From: Coniocarpon cinnabarinum
Taxonomy: Eukaryota
Assembly: GCA_051942205.1 (NCBI GenBank)
Contig: JAVECO010000069.1
Span: forward strand, 1-64,000
Reading direction: 5' to 3'
Length of the DNA: 64,000 bases
A program made the translations under genes and the position numbers. Of the stretch, positions 24,693-36,510 are shown piece by piece. The notes beneath the pieces were generated by a model. It saw nothing but the letters and a program-made list of their open reading frames with translations, had not been told where the DNA came from and made no database searches. How positions within the stretch are numbered: the first letter of the stretch is position 1; each line of letters starts with the position of its first letter.

Positions 24693-25126
24693 GATGCGGT
24701 AATGCGACGTGAGTGATGTGATTGAAATACATGATATACCCCAGACCTTGGAGAGAGTGCGTCAGCAATGGCGAAACAAAGTTGCCATACATTTAGATAG
24801 AAGACATGACGAACCCAATAATACATAGTCACATCATACAAAATGGCAACGCTGATTGCGATTGCTCAATGCTAGTAGATTCTCTATGTTCGCCTCATAA
24901 TCCTGTATTTTTGTACAGATGCTAACGGTATGCCGCGTAAGTGCACTTTGAACCGCTTCGAAATGCATGTACCAGTCGCAAAAATCCAATGAGACCAATG
25001 GCATTCCGGCAGTCTCCTCGTCACGATCCGGGCTCGTTGGCCCAGGAAATGAGCATACAAGGTGTTGACAGCAGACAGCACGCCTCGCACGGTGTGCTGA
25101 GCTAGTGTGTGATATGGCAATCTTGT

Positions 25127-27306
25127 TTACAGCTTCGCTTTCGGCGTCTCCAGGGTTGGTAGCATCATGTCCCTCAAGTCTCCCGCGGCCTCATTGATGA
25201 AGAAGCTCATCCGCTCGCAGCCAAGGCCCTTGCTGACAATGTTGAATTGGATACTGCAGCCTGTTAGTCTTTTGCGCATACCTTCACACTACTGGCGACG
25301 CCTTACCTGTTCTCATTGATCATGTACGCAATCCCCCATCCCTCATCAATGACCTGACTCCACCCATACCCATTAAAATATTCCGAGCTCAGCTGGCTCG
25401 AGCTGATGTACCAGCTACTGCTGTATGCATATGCTGGATCTTGGTACAGCTCTGGCAGCGGCTCATTCTCATGCAGGCACTTCTTCAGGCCGAACAAGTG
25501 CCTGTCTACGCCACGTCCATCCGAAGCATCGCTGATGTAAGCAACGTGCGCCTTCAGTGCTGCCCGGAACAGCTCGACACACTTTTCTCGGCCAACCTCG
25601 GGGTCGGCCATGGCATTGCAAAAGGCGACAGACTCATCACTAACCGTGCGGCATGTCTCGGTGCGACCCTGCTGAAACTTGCGCGTGGCTGCGGACTCGT
25701 AAGTAGGCCGATTCTTCCCGTACATCTTGTGGTAGGCGAGTTGGATGATCATTTGGACGTAGGCATCAGGGCTGCACTTGAATTTCTTGATGAGCCCCTT
25801 CCCATAGCCTTGATACGCTTGCACGCGTAATTCGTGTTGAGCGATTGTTTCTTGGTGGAAGGCTTGCGCGCTGGCAATGTCTTTGACATTCTGCTCATTC
25901 AGTGACCATTTCAAAGGCAGTGGCTCGGGCAGATTGCTGCGAACGTCGGGATTTTCAAAGTCGAGTTTGTTATTGAAAATGAGCTCATTCGCATAGTCAT
26001 TCAGGCGGTGAGTAGGGGTGCCATCCATCATCGAATGCTCACCGATGAAACCAGACGTGCCATTGTCATTGATAATAAACTGCAAGGGCTTGTCGAACCA
26101 GCGGTTGGTGCCATCACCATGCCAATACGCATGCGCCCGCTCCTCCAAAGTGATCGGCTTGGTATCATCGAGACAGACGATAAAGGAGCTCGCTTGAATT
26201 GCTTCTAGGGTTGCAGCATTTCCAGGGGAAGCGGCGAGAAGATGTTCCCGCGTCTTGGTCCACACGCCACGTCGCTCACTCGTCAACGCGCCCACAGCCG
26301 GGCCCTTTTCAGCCATAGAGTAGATGCGGCGAAAGCTCTGTTCTAGTTCTTTAGTGCTCAGCTGCTTGCCGTTGACTTCGTGGAAGACCTTATAGAACTG
26401 ATTCTTGCGCATGACGACGATGTACGGGTGCTCTCCGTAGTTGTATTTGACGGGGTAGCAGTCTGGCCGTGCCGGTATCCGGCACGCATTATACATCCAC
26501 CAGTACGAGGACATGGCCATCGGCAGGTTGCGCATGTATTCGGGTTCGAGACTGCCATTATCGACCTGCTTTTTGAACTCGAGGACGGCAGAAGTCATCG
26601 CCGCTGCTCGCTTGGCCGGGTCTCGCCTTCGTCGGTCATCGCGATGGGAATAGAAATAGGATACGTATGGAACAACCGGGCCACTGTCCGCCTTGCAAGT
26701 TGCGTCAGTGCCCAAGATCACTCATAAGATTAGAAGACGATTACCAGATATGCTGCGGAGTTCCACCATTCGTATATCCAGTTCCTGTGTTTTGGATCCT
26801 CTCTTCGATCTATTAGACGCTTTTGCAATTGCTCTCCATGCCCTCCAGGCTTTTGAAACTCGGTCACTGCTTTTCCTGTATTCTCAAACTCTTGTCGAGT
26901 CAAAAGAGGATGCACAGATTTGAGGTATCGCTTGCAAGTTTCTTCGAGCGTTGGTACGGGTAATCGCGGCAGGGAATCTTCGAAACGTAACATTGCTCCC
27001 TTGCTCGTGTCCTCCTTGTAGCCTGAAATCAAGGTGGTTGTGAGAACAATGCCAGCAGCTTTTTGGCATTGCAGACATCTTACCTGCAGGAAGCGAGGAT
27101 TGTTTCCTCTTGGCTTGTGATGGGGGAGCCATGGCGGACGTCTGCAAGAGTTTGCTTTGTCAATTGAGGAGACCCTGACACTTGGGAAGTCTGGGGTTTT
27201 CATCCACTGGCAGTAGACATACAAGTGAAGTGGTTGCTGCTCGCGCGGTCCGATGTATGCCTGTCAAGGCCGAGCGTCGAGCAGCAAAGGCATGAGGTAG
27301 GGACAT
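25127..27306 (-). CDS. CAT2: Carnitine O-acetyltransferase, mitochondrial/peroxisomal (Cat2/AcuJ type), 643 aa
   Basis: Exons 27306-27223, 27141-27084, 27022-26745, 26691-25307 and 25253-25127 sum to 1932 nt in frame. Motifs LPRLPVPTL, NRWFDK, catalytic EHSMMDG, TYESAATRKFQQGRTET and GRGVDRHLFGL. Arg-rich N-terminal presequence and C-terminal AKL. Confidence 0.93.
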
Positions 27307-27762
27307 GCCCAAGAGGGTGGCAGCAGCAGCAGAGGTGAAAAGTCAAGGAACGTGGACGAGGGTAGGGGACACCAGGGAACTAGAGCAGCGGTGCACGACT
27401 AGACGCGCAACGAGAAGACCGACGGTTGGCAGAGTGACCTGCTGGTATAGTCCCCTCACCTTGACTGTGGTTGTGCTGCTCGGTCCTGTGGTGGACAACC
27501 GGATCTTCGGTAGGGCTGAGCCGAGGTTGATCTGCCTGTCACGTGCCTTCATTCAGACGGCGAGGTCTGGATTTCCGATTGTCTTGTGACTGAGCGGTGG
27601 TGGTGCTTCGTGGGAGTAGGTAATCCTACGAATCTTACTACGTGCGCTGTTCGTCCACAGTGCCGACAGATCAAGAGCCCCGAGAGGTTGTAGGAAAGCT
27701 CCCGGTGCTTTTTCTCTGGCAAGTACACAACACACTAACTAATACACCACCTGGACGTCCAC

Positions 27763-29141
27763 TCATGGATTCGCCTTCGCCCACGTAACACCTTTCTCGA
27801 TGTTTGACTTCAGATCCTTCAAGCAGACGTCTAGCAGCTTCTGCTCGTCCGGAGTGATCTTGCCCACCTCGTGGATGGTCTCTACACCGTTGGGCCCGAG
27901 CTCCACTCGGCTGGCGAAGAAGTCCACTCCATGGCTGTCTTTGAAGAAGGGACTGTCGACGAATGTCGGCTCAATGACTCCCTTTTCCCCTTGCTTCGCT
28001 TTCAACAAACTCTCTGCGAAGCGTGCGCCCGCCATGGCCATAGAAAGAGTGGCAGACCCGGCGCCGCCTTTGGCTTGCACGACCTCGTCGCCTCCGTACT
28101 GCACTCGTCGGACGAACTCCTCGAGTTCTGCTCCTTGCAAGGTAACACCTGCTTGTGAAAGCAGTGGTACAATGGTTGCACCCGAGTGGCCCCCGATTAC
28201 TGGAACGTTCTCGTTTGCGGGGTCGGTGCCCTTGATCTGGGAGATGAATCGTGATGCACGAACGACATCGAGAGTTGTCACACCAAACAACCGGCTCTTG
28301 TTGTACACGCCCCTGGCTTTGAAGACCTCGGCGGTGATTGGTACTGTAGAGTTGACCTGAACAAAACATCACCCTGTGAGCTTATGGAGCCATTCCTCAA
28401 GGGCATTGCAATGACATTGCGGCTTCTCGAACGTCATACATACAGGGTTGGAAATGACCAAAATGTTGGCCTCAGGAGCGGCATCGGCGGCGGCTTTGGC
28501 TAGATCTCTCACAATGGAGGCATTTGTGTTGAAAAGATCTGTTCTGTTAGTTTAGTCGACGGTTATCGAAGCCTGCCGCAGGAGGAATTTCATACCATCC
28601 CGAGTCATGCCCGGTTTGCGAGGAACTCCAGCGGGAATTACTGTCGCATTGTAAGGCCTTGGCGCCCTTTAAAGGCTGTTCATGAAATCTTACAAACGAT
28701 TTCTGTGCCAGACAGACAATCTTTCAGGCTCTCCGGTGATGGATCATATCCCCTGACTTCGCTCTTAACATTAATGTGTCCAATGTCCGCTGCGACACCT
28801 AGATTCTCAGATTAGAACGTATGCGTCCAATTTGTACCTTAACTGGGGAAACGGACCAGGCGCGCCCTTGATGTCGTAGAGTGCGAGCTTGGACCGATGT
28901 CAGCGGGGGTTAAACAAAAACGTTGTGGCGAAGCTCGTACTTGGGAAACCCTTGGATTTAGCTTTAAAAGCAGTGATAGAGGCTGTCCAATACCGCCTGC
29001 AGCACCGAGCACTGAAACTTTAGATCGCTTCGTCACGGTCAGTTCGGGACGTCCGAACTATCTCAGAGGTCGTACCTGACGAGCCGAAGCTGAGAAGGCT
29101 CGGCGCTGAGCAGCGCCAAAGATCTGACGGGCAGCAAACAT
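27763..29141 (-). CDS. MDH1: Mitochondrial NAD-malate dehydrogenase, 340 aa
   Basis: Seven exons (29141-29076, 29027-28941, 28887-28857, 28798-28694, 28640-28596, 28538-28444, 28356-27763) sum to 1023 nt. Presequence [19 protein letters not shown]. Motifs [46 protein letters not shown] and GGHSG. Confidence 0.97.
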
Positions 29142-30010
29142 TGCGGAACTTGAGAATGAAGAATGCGGCGATGACTACGAGAGTACGCAGAGGAGAGGTG
29201 GGAGGAGAGGTGGGTGGAGAAGGTCAAGAACACCCACGGTGAAGAGGGAGAGAGAGCTGTTGAAATGACTCGTCCAGTCTTGGGGACGCTAGATCCAAGT
29301 TTGTGCTAGCGTCCGATTCCATTGACCGGCGCGGGAGGTACATGACGGGAGATTGTTCTGTTCGTCGTGTACCTGCGTCCGTCATCCATTCCTCAGCTCA
29401 AAGCCATACTTTTCGTGGCACGAAGGCTTCGCTATCACCTGGTCAGCTAAATGCCAAATCGTTTTTCATAGTGTCATCCATCTATCAACAGGGCATACTA
29501 GCTGGCTCAGAGCGCCGCCTGTCCCGGGCCTGTATCTGATTACTGGCCGTACTCTACAAAACTCGTAGCGTGGACGCGTTATATCATACATGCTTGCCTT
29601 ACTAGATGTGTCGTCAATGCAAGATGGGTATCTCTGACGTGGCAAATCTCCTCTCCCATTCGTGCCGGGCTGGACGTGGCCCATTTACGATCGTGGCAAA
29701 ACCTCCACCTCTTGGACAGCCTTTCCTGCCCATCTCTTCTGGGTACCGTCATGATTGTGAATAGTCGTGATGCTGACCTGATCTCGTGGAATCGTCCACT
29801 CTGGCTGAGAATGCACTGCTAAAACTTTGAACTGGGTATCTTGTTTTAAAGTACCAAAACCTCAATAATGCTGGGCCAATCAGCCTGCTGTACTGCTATT
29901 ATCAACGAAAAAATTGCGACGCAGCAATGTAGATAGGGTGTCGAGACCTCTAATTGGGGATATCAATGGTCGCTTTCAAATTTAAGTTAACGAGCTGCGC
30001 CTTATGCCTG

Positions 30011-30060
30011 TTGGGTATCTTGGGGTATCTCTGGGTATCTCTGGGTATCACAGGATATCA
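30011..30060. repeat. Short tandem repeat, ~5 x 10 nt built on GGGTATC
   Basis: Units read ttgggtatct tggggtatct ctgggtatct ctgggtatca caggatatca. Confidence 0.85.
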
Positions 30061-30285
30061 TCATTCCAGAATCAACGCAAATTCTTTTTTTGACTTTTCT
30101 TTCCCTTTTGTGAACTTCGCTTCGAAGAATAGCGCCATCAATGCTCGCTGGGGTATCAATGTTTCGTGATGCTTTCCGAAATTTTGGTGTCTGTAAATCG
30201 CGCCTAACCATGACCTGTCGTACGGAGAACGGTGTGTTATGTGCAGTTGGACTGGGCATGTAATGAAAAAAGCTGTTCGGATCTG

Positions 30286-32559
30286 CTAAGCCTGAGTACC
30301 TTGCGTAATGTAGTGGCCATAGCCTGGCTGTGCAGACGAGCGTCGTTGCTGCAATGGCAAGCTCATAGGTGGTTGGGCCGGTCCGAATTGTGGCGTGGTG
30401 GTGGACATGGGGCTGCCATCAAAGTTGTACTGTGGTGTCCAAGAACCACGATGCAGCTGGTGTGTTTGCTCATAGGCAGCAGACTGGTCTTGCTGTGGCC
30501 AAGAATATTCAATCGGTCCATAAGACATGTACTGCGGGTGCTGTGGCGTTTGTCCCGGCGTATGGTGAATCGATGGGGTATAAGGGGTCTGACGGCCATA
30601 GAATGCACTAGAGTCGTTGGGCGCATAGGGTGAGCGTGTGGACGTGCCGGTGGCCTGGCCGGGACCCATTGAGAAAGAACCGCTTGATTGCGAAAGTGGT
30701 GATCCGGCATATCGTGCCTGCTCGTGGATTGCGTAGGAGCTCGGCCCTTCGAGCGCATTGGTAGGGTGCAAAGAAGAAGCTGTCGAGGCATAGCTTGCTG
30801 ACTACGGTACGAAGTTAGTTCCCCGGGCACCTGAGAGACAAGGTTAGAATGAAGCACTTACATATTTCCCAATGATCTTTTTCAAAGCATTGGCAAGAAT
30901 CTTCCACGGAAACACCTTGACGTCTTTTTCGATGTTGCGCGGTTTTGGATTCGGGAAGTCCATGATGACCTTGAAAAACCGCTCACTGTCCGCTTTGCCC
31001 TTGGCAACGGTCAAGGGTCGGAAACCTTCGAGATTGCGCCGGATGCGGTTTTTCTCTTCGACAGTAAAGCGAACCCCGACAAGAGATTCCAATAATTGGA
31101 TGGTGTCCACACTTGTGACAAAACACTCATCTTTCTCCTCCCACCAGACGCAGCTCACGCAAATACTGTTTGGAGCGCGTTGCTCAGGTGTCACGGGCTT
31201 GAAGCTCGTGTTGATGGTGTTGCCATTCTGACTGCGTTTGAATTCCACCAGACGACGCTTCGCTGAAATCTCCGCCTCTGACCAGCTGAAAGCCATTCGA
31301 TCAAGGTCTCCTTCAATTTTGAGATGGGCTTTGCTGGGGTAGATCGCATAAGGATTGAAGCCGTGCGACGAGTTTGGGGGTGAGAAGCCCGTAGCGGCCG
31401 CGGCGGCCGCGGCAGAGGACGAAGCGTTTGCGAGCGTGGACGTCCTGACAAGCGGCGGATTCGAGCTCCCCGTACTGTACGGGGTCAAAGGCGGGCTGCG
31501 TCGAGAGCGAGTGGAACCTTGACCCGATTCGGGCCGTCTTTCTGACTCGAGCGGATACGAGCTACTCTTGTGAGCGGGGTGTATGTTCTCCTCTTCGTCC
31601 AAAGTTCGAGGCGATGGCACGGACGACGATCGCTTGCTCTGCTCGGCAGGCTCGACGTTTTGCACTGGACCGTACGCAGGTTCACGAGGCGGCTGTGTGA
31701 AGGCCGTTGGCGGAATCGAGCCAATGCCTTGATACAGCAAGGGCTGGGCGTATGAGGAACGGCGCACCTTTGCGGCCATTTCCTCAAACGGCGCTTGATG
31801 TGAGCTACGTCGCGAGGTGGTAGTGTTTGACATGGTCGTATTAGTAGAAATCGAGGCTCTGCTCAGCGCCACAGAACCCGGAGTTGGGCTTGTCGAATGA
31901 CTGGATTGGCTTGCAGTTGATCCTCGCAAGGTGAAAGTACCAATCGGGATTGAGCCATTGACATGAGGCTGGTCGCTTTGCACTAGCAGTTCCAAAGGAC
32001 AAAGAACAGGGAGATTGCTCCCAGAGTTTTGAAGCTGCGGGACCCTGAAGGACACTGCGTACTGAAACGTCCCCAAACCCGTGCCAGATGTCATGGGTTG
32101 GATCGACACGGGGCACACGACTCCACTGAAAGAAATGGAGAGTGAATAGCCGTGTGTTTCTGTGATGTCATGCGCACTGCGAACCGAGAGAATAACCAGC
32201 TCGCCGCAATCTCCACTTTGTGGGGAAAAAACGATGACCTCTGGCAGATACGTCGGAACGCTCGCATCTCGGGACGTATATTCAGACGAGGAAAACGGAT
32301 ACCCAGTGAGCTGTTGAGGATAGCCTGTCGAAAACTGCGAGTAGGGCAGACCTAGGTTGGGTGGTAAGCGCTCCAAACCGAGGCCGATGCCCCCAGTTGG
32401 ATACGTCGACACATCTGGATGTTCTTTTTACATGATTAGCGTGTGTGTATTCATTGACTGTGACCGTTGAGGACGTCGAAGATGCCGTTTCCATGTACTT
32501 GGGGTAACTTCTCACTCACCTTCCCCATGTTCTTGATCTGAATCGCGGTTGCCCGACAT
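30286..32559 (-). CDS. medA: Medusa (MedA/Acr1-type) developmental transcriptional regulator, ~702 aa
   Basis: Exons 32559-32520, 32414-30862 and 30801-30286 join in frame (2109 nt). The conserved domain ICVSCVWW..CFVTSVDTIQLLESLVGVRFTVEEKNRIRRNLEGFRPLTV..FPNPKPRNIEKDVKVFPW..KKIIGKYSASY is present. The 5' exon is less certain. Confidence 0.88.
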
Positions 32560-35500
32560 TGAAGGCTACGCCTTGTGGTGCTTGCGCAGAGGGATAGTAC
32601 AAACGGTATGACTGCCAATCTGACGGTAGTGAGTGCGACGGCCCGGATGGTTGTATTACCAGTTTAAATGTAACTTCGGAGAGGCAAAGACTCACGCTTG
32701 AGACCGTGCGAGGAGTTCGCCACCCGCGCGCTCGGTCCTACCGCAATGCGCTGAGTCCTTGGCGACAGCGTCCAAATCCGAGTTTCGGGTGATAAATAGA
32801 CGGTCACCTCGCCAGGCAGGGGGTTTGCGAGAAGGACGTGGTGAGTTGATGACAGGCCGTGAATAGAAAAATCAAAAGTACCAAATCATCAGCGACGATG
32901 CCGAGTAGAAAAGAACGACAACAGACACCCGAGGGGAAGAAGACAAAGGAGCCTGCGATTTCAAATACGACAAACTGCGAGGATCAAGTCGCCTGGCACC
33001 CAGGAACGATATGCACGCTCAAAGAGCTTGATTGAACGAAGTCGAGAGCCGGCCCCGAGGAATTCCCTACTCAAGTATGGTCAGCCACACAATGCGAGGG
33101 AGAGTGGGGGATGTCTCGACAGCGTAAGACAGTTTGTGGCGCGAGCAGCTTGGAGCCACAAACCTCGGGGGATGGTCGATAGCGACATTTGCAGGAATTG
33201 ACGAAGGGAAGTGTTTGGACCAACCTGCTGAATCAAAAGGGTCAATGAGTGTGAGCAGGCGACTGTTTGCGCCGCAGTGGCAGAGACAGGGGTTCAGGCT
33301 CGCGAGTAAGAAGACGCCTCGAGCTGTCCTAAGTACCGGATCAAGGCACGAGAGAACAGGTAAGGGGCCAGTAAAAATAAAATCTGTACGACTCAAACTT
33401 TGTCGCCCAGTGTTTCACGATGGCAGTTGTTTGCGACCCGGGCGAAACTGCTGTGGCCAAAAAGCTCTGGTACGAGTGGTAACGGTGCGGGCCACCCTTC
33501 TGGAGGATGTCATTCACCTGCCGGGAGGCGGCGCATGCACAGACGGCGTTTGGCCCCGGGCACAATGCAGTGTGGCGTTTTGCACGTTGGCCACACACTC
33601 TCACACTGGTCACTCGCCTCAGGGAAGGACCTGGCCCCCACAAGATGCAAACAGAACCGTCGTGCGTGGGGGATATCCTTTGTCGTGGTGGGAGTTGATC
33701 GTGGTTGGATTTTGGACGGCGGAGGCCATCTTGTTAAAGAGGACCTTGAAAACGTCAACAGCAACGGACCAAGCCGCAACAACGGGAAGGGCAAAAGGAG
33801 ATGCGGCGTCTGCGAAGCCACGCCACATGTGTGGTAGGAATGAGGTGCCTGTAAAATTTGCTCAGACAGAGCTTATTCCTCACGGCACGAAAAAATTTTT
33901 AGCATGCCTAGCCAGACCCTACCTGCACTGACTGCAAATAGGCCATTCCCAGTGAGAGCGAAATTATCAAAGTCCGGGCAGATGCACAATTTTCCCTTTA
34001 GGAGAAGCTTGTGGGCCGTTGTTCGCTTGGACGCGAGCTTGCAACGCCAGGGTACATTGGAAATGCCTTCGGTGTAGATCGCTCTGTTTGCGGCGGCGCT
34101 TAAGTCGGGTTGGCGACGTCAATAATGGTTTTGGAAGCGACGAGGTGATTGGTGTCTAGACCGCGGCACGAGAAAGACGTGCCGTTCATCGGGAACATGA
34201 CGCCGTTGGTGAAGATCAGACACGCGCTAAGCCGCTACTACACGTGGCTCCATGCTGTAAGCACCGTAACCGTGGTGCGAGGGATGTACAAGGTTACCCG
34301 CGTTATCGCTCAGAGGATGGTATTAATGGCAACGTCCGGCACCAGTATATCATCCCTCCAGGTCGAGCATGGCAAGCTATTTGCTCGAAAAGGCCGGCAT
34401 GGCCATGGAGTAGGTAGGCCCTGATGGCGAGATGAGCCAATCCAGCACCAAATTAGACAGCGCGACATGCATACTGTTGGACTGCAGCCAGTCACTCTGA
34501 CGCGTCGACTGCCTCTACGGGCAACTTGGTTTCGGATAGAGGAAGCAGAAAGTTGCAGCGTCCAGCCCTGCTCCAGGGCACTGGGTAGGATTGCGACTAT
34601 GCCTAATACGCTTTGCGCGTGACATCGCTGTGAAGCGTGATTTTCCAAAGATCAGAAAGTCGGCAAATGATGCGAGAATGTCATCCCCTCTGGCCGAAGC
34701 ACACGAGCTGCCTTCGCGTTGTCACTTCTGAAAGCTCGCTGTCGCGATGGTGATGCGTCAACAAGGTGTGCTTGCTGGAGAGCAGCGCGGCAAGGTGACG
34801 ACTCGCGAGCCGGCGGATGTAGGAAGTCCTGGTCCCGAAATAGCGCAAGACAGCCGCGGTCGGGAACATTTGTGGTTCGACATGGGCAGGATTCTGGGGT
34901 GCCGGTGCTCTTGCGCCCGAAACACGGCGAATCACAGGCACTTTGGCCATGAAGGCGGCCTGAGTCGATACGAGGAAGGGAGTGCATTGTAGAAAATTAA
35001 CCAGCCCTGTCACCTTGTCAGATCGAGCGTCGGAGCCGGTCCGGCAGTTGGGCGCGCGCTGATTGCCTACCCATGCTTTTTCTTCGCGATGGTGGCAACG
35101 AGCAGGTCCTTCACATCGCGCTCAGCGACGCCTTCGAGAGAGGGCGAGGAGCTTGGGCGACGTGCGCAGGAGTGCCACACAAGCGCGCCAGTTTGGAGCC
35201 GCGCAGCACGCCCGTCGCAGATGAGCCACTCAGAGCGCTCGATGCGCGCGATTAAGCCATGTGAGGTCGATCGTGCGTCGCCTGCGTGCGCTGATCCTCC
35301 TCCACGTGGCAGCGCCTCCAGAGGCTCGACAGACGGCGTGACAGATTTCTGAGCTGGTCGCTTGCGGTACGGGGTACGTACGGGTCAGCAGAGACGTGCG
35401 GACCGTGGCGTCACAGGCCCTGCGTGCTGCTATTTTTGGCTGCCCTCACTCGCACCACCAGACTCCTCCCTTGTGTCCCCTCCCGCCACGCCCATGCCTC

Positions 35501-35836
35501 ACGAGTCCAGAAACAGTTAAAAGCTCACGCGCCAGGGCCGGGGAAATAGGAGCAGGGTCATGGCGTCACGCCGAGACATTCTTTGCAGCCCTGCACATTG
35601 GACAGTCTCGGCTTGCTTCTGCGTTTCATCTGTTTGGGCCGCCGTTAGCAAATCGCTTGCCTCCGAGCAGCTTGAAAAAGCCGAGTGCAGTATGCAGACA
35701 GGCGTCAATCTTGCAACGTGCAGCCCACTTGGACGCTCAAACCAGGAGCAGGCGCAGCTTCTGGCTTTGCGTCTGCGCGCCTCGCTCGATCCGCGCAGAG
35801 CACCTGACCGGGCGAGTGGCAAGTGAACGAGCATCA

Positions 35837-35871
<35 letters not shown>

Positions 35872-35875
35872 CGAT
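35837..35875. repeat. (GAT)n microsatellite
   Basis: 11 x GAT, then GAC and GAT, in intergenic DNA. Confidence 0.95.
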
Positions 35876-36510
35876 GTTGTATTTAGATTTTAGTGGCGAG
35901 ACTGTGAGGAGCAGTGACCGACTCGGTCTCATCCTCTAACCTGCACAGTGCTGCACTGAGCTGGTCAATGCACCGTCCGGCAGAGTACGCAGCACCTGAC
36001 CGGACGCCGCCCTCTGCCCAACAACGTGTCTGCTCGCTTCTCATCATGGAGAGAAGGATGCGCGGCTCGAGCAGGCTGGCCTACCGAGTCTTCCGATGTC
36101 TTGAACACGGCGATTCTGCCTGAGATGCAAGTGCTTTGTCTCTCAGCGCGCACCCATCTCTGCCACCACCACATACGATTTTGTCTTCCGGCGCGCTCAC
36201 GAGCGCGCCCCAGACCTGTCTCAATACTCCACGCATCCTCCACAGTGGGAGTGGGCCGATGGTCATCTAACCGCGTGAAGCTTTCTCAGTACTGCGGGTT
36301 GCAGCATGCGATCATAGTCGTTCTGCACTGTCGGCGTCACACTGTTGTTGGGAAGGCGAGCTACCGCAGGCAGTAGCAGTGGAGGCTCCCTCCCTCACCT
36401 ACCTGCGTGCCTGACCTGACCAATGATCTTCGCGTCGTTTTCTTCTTTCCAAGTTGCAAGTTGCAAAAGCACCGCCGTTGTTGATTCGATAAATATCGTT
36501 CCCCAAACTA

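Noticed and set aside
27739..27765. Cryptic peroxisomal MDH by stop-codon readthrough
   Set aside because: The stop context is TGA-GTG rather than TGA-CTA, and the extension ends VVY, which is not a PTS1.
33134..33931. 265-aa ORF upstream of medA
   Set aside because: It starts with TTG, has no recognisable motif, has the Arg/Cys/Trp-rich composition of non-coding frames, and overlaps several similar ORFs.
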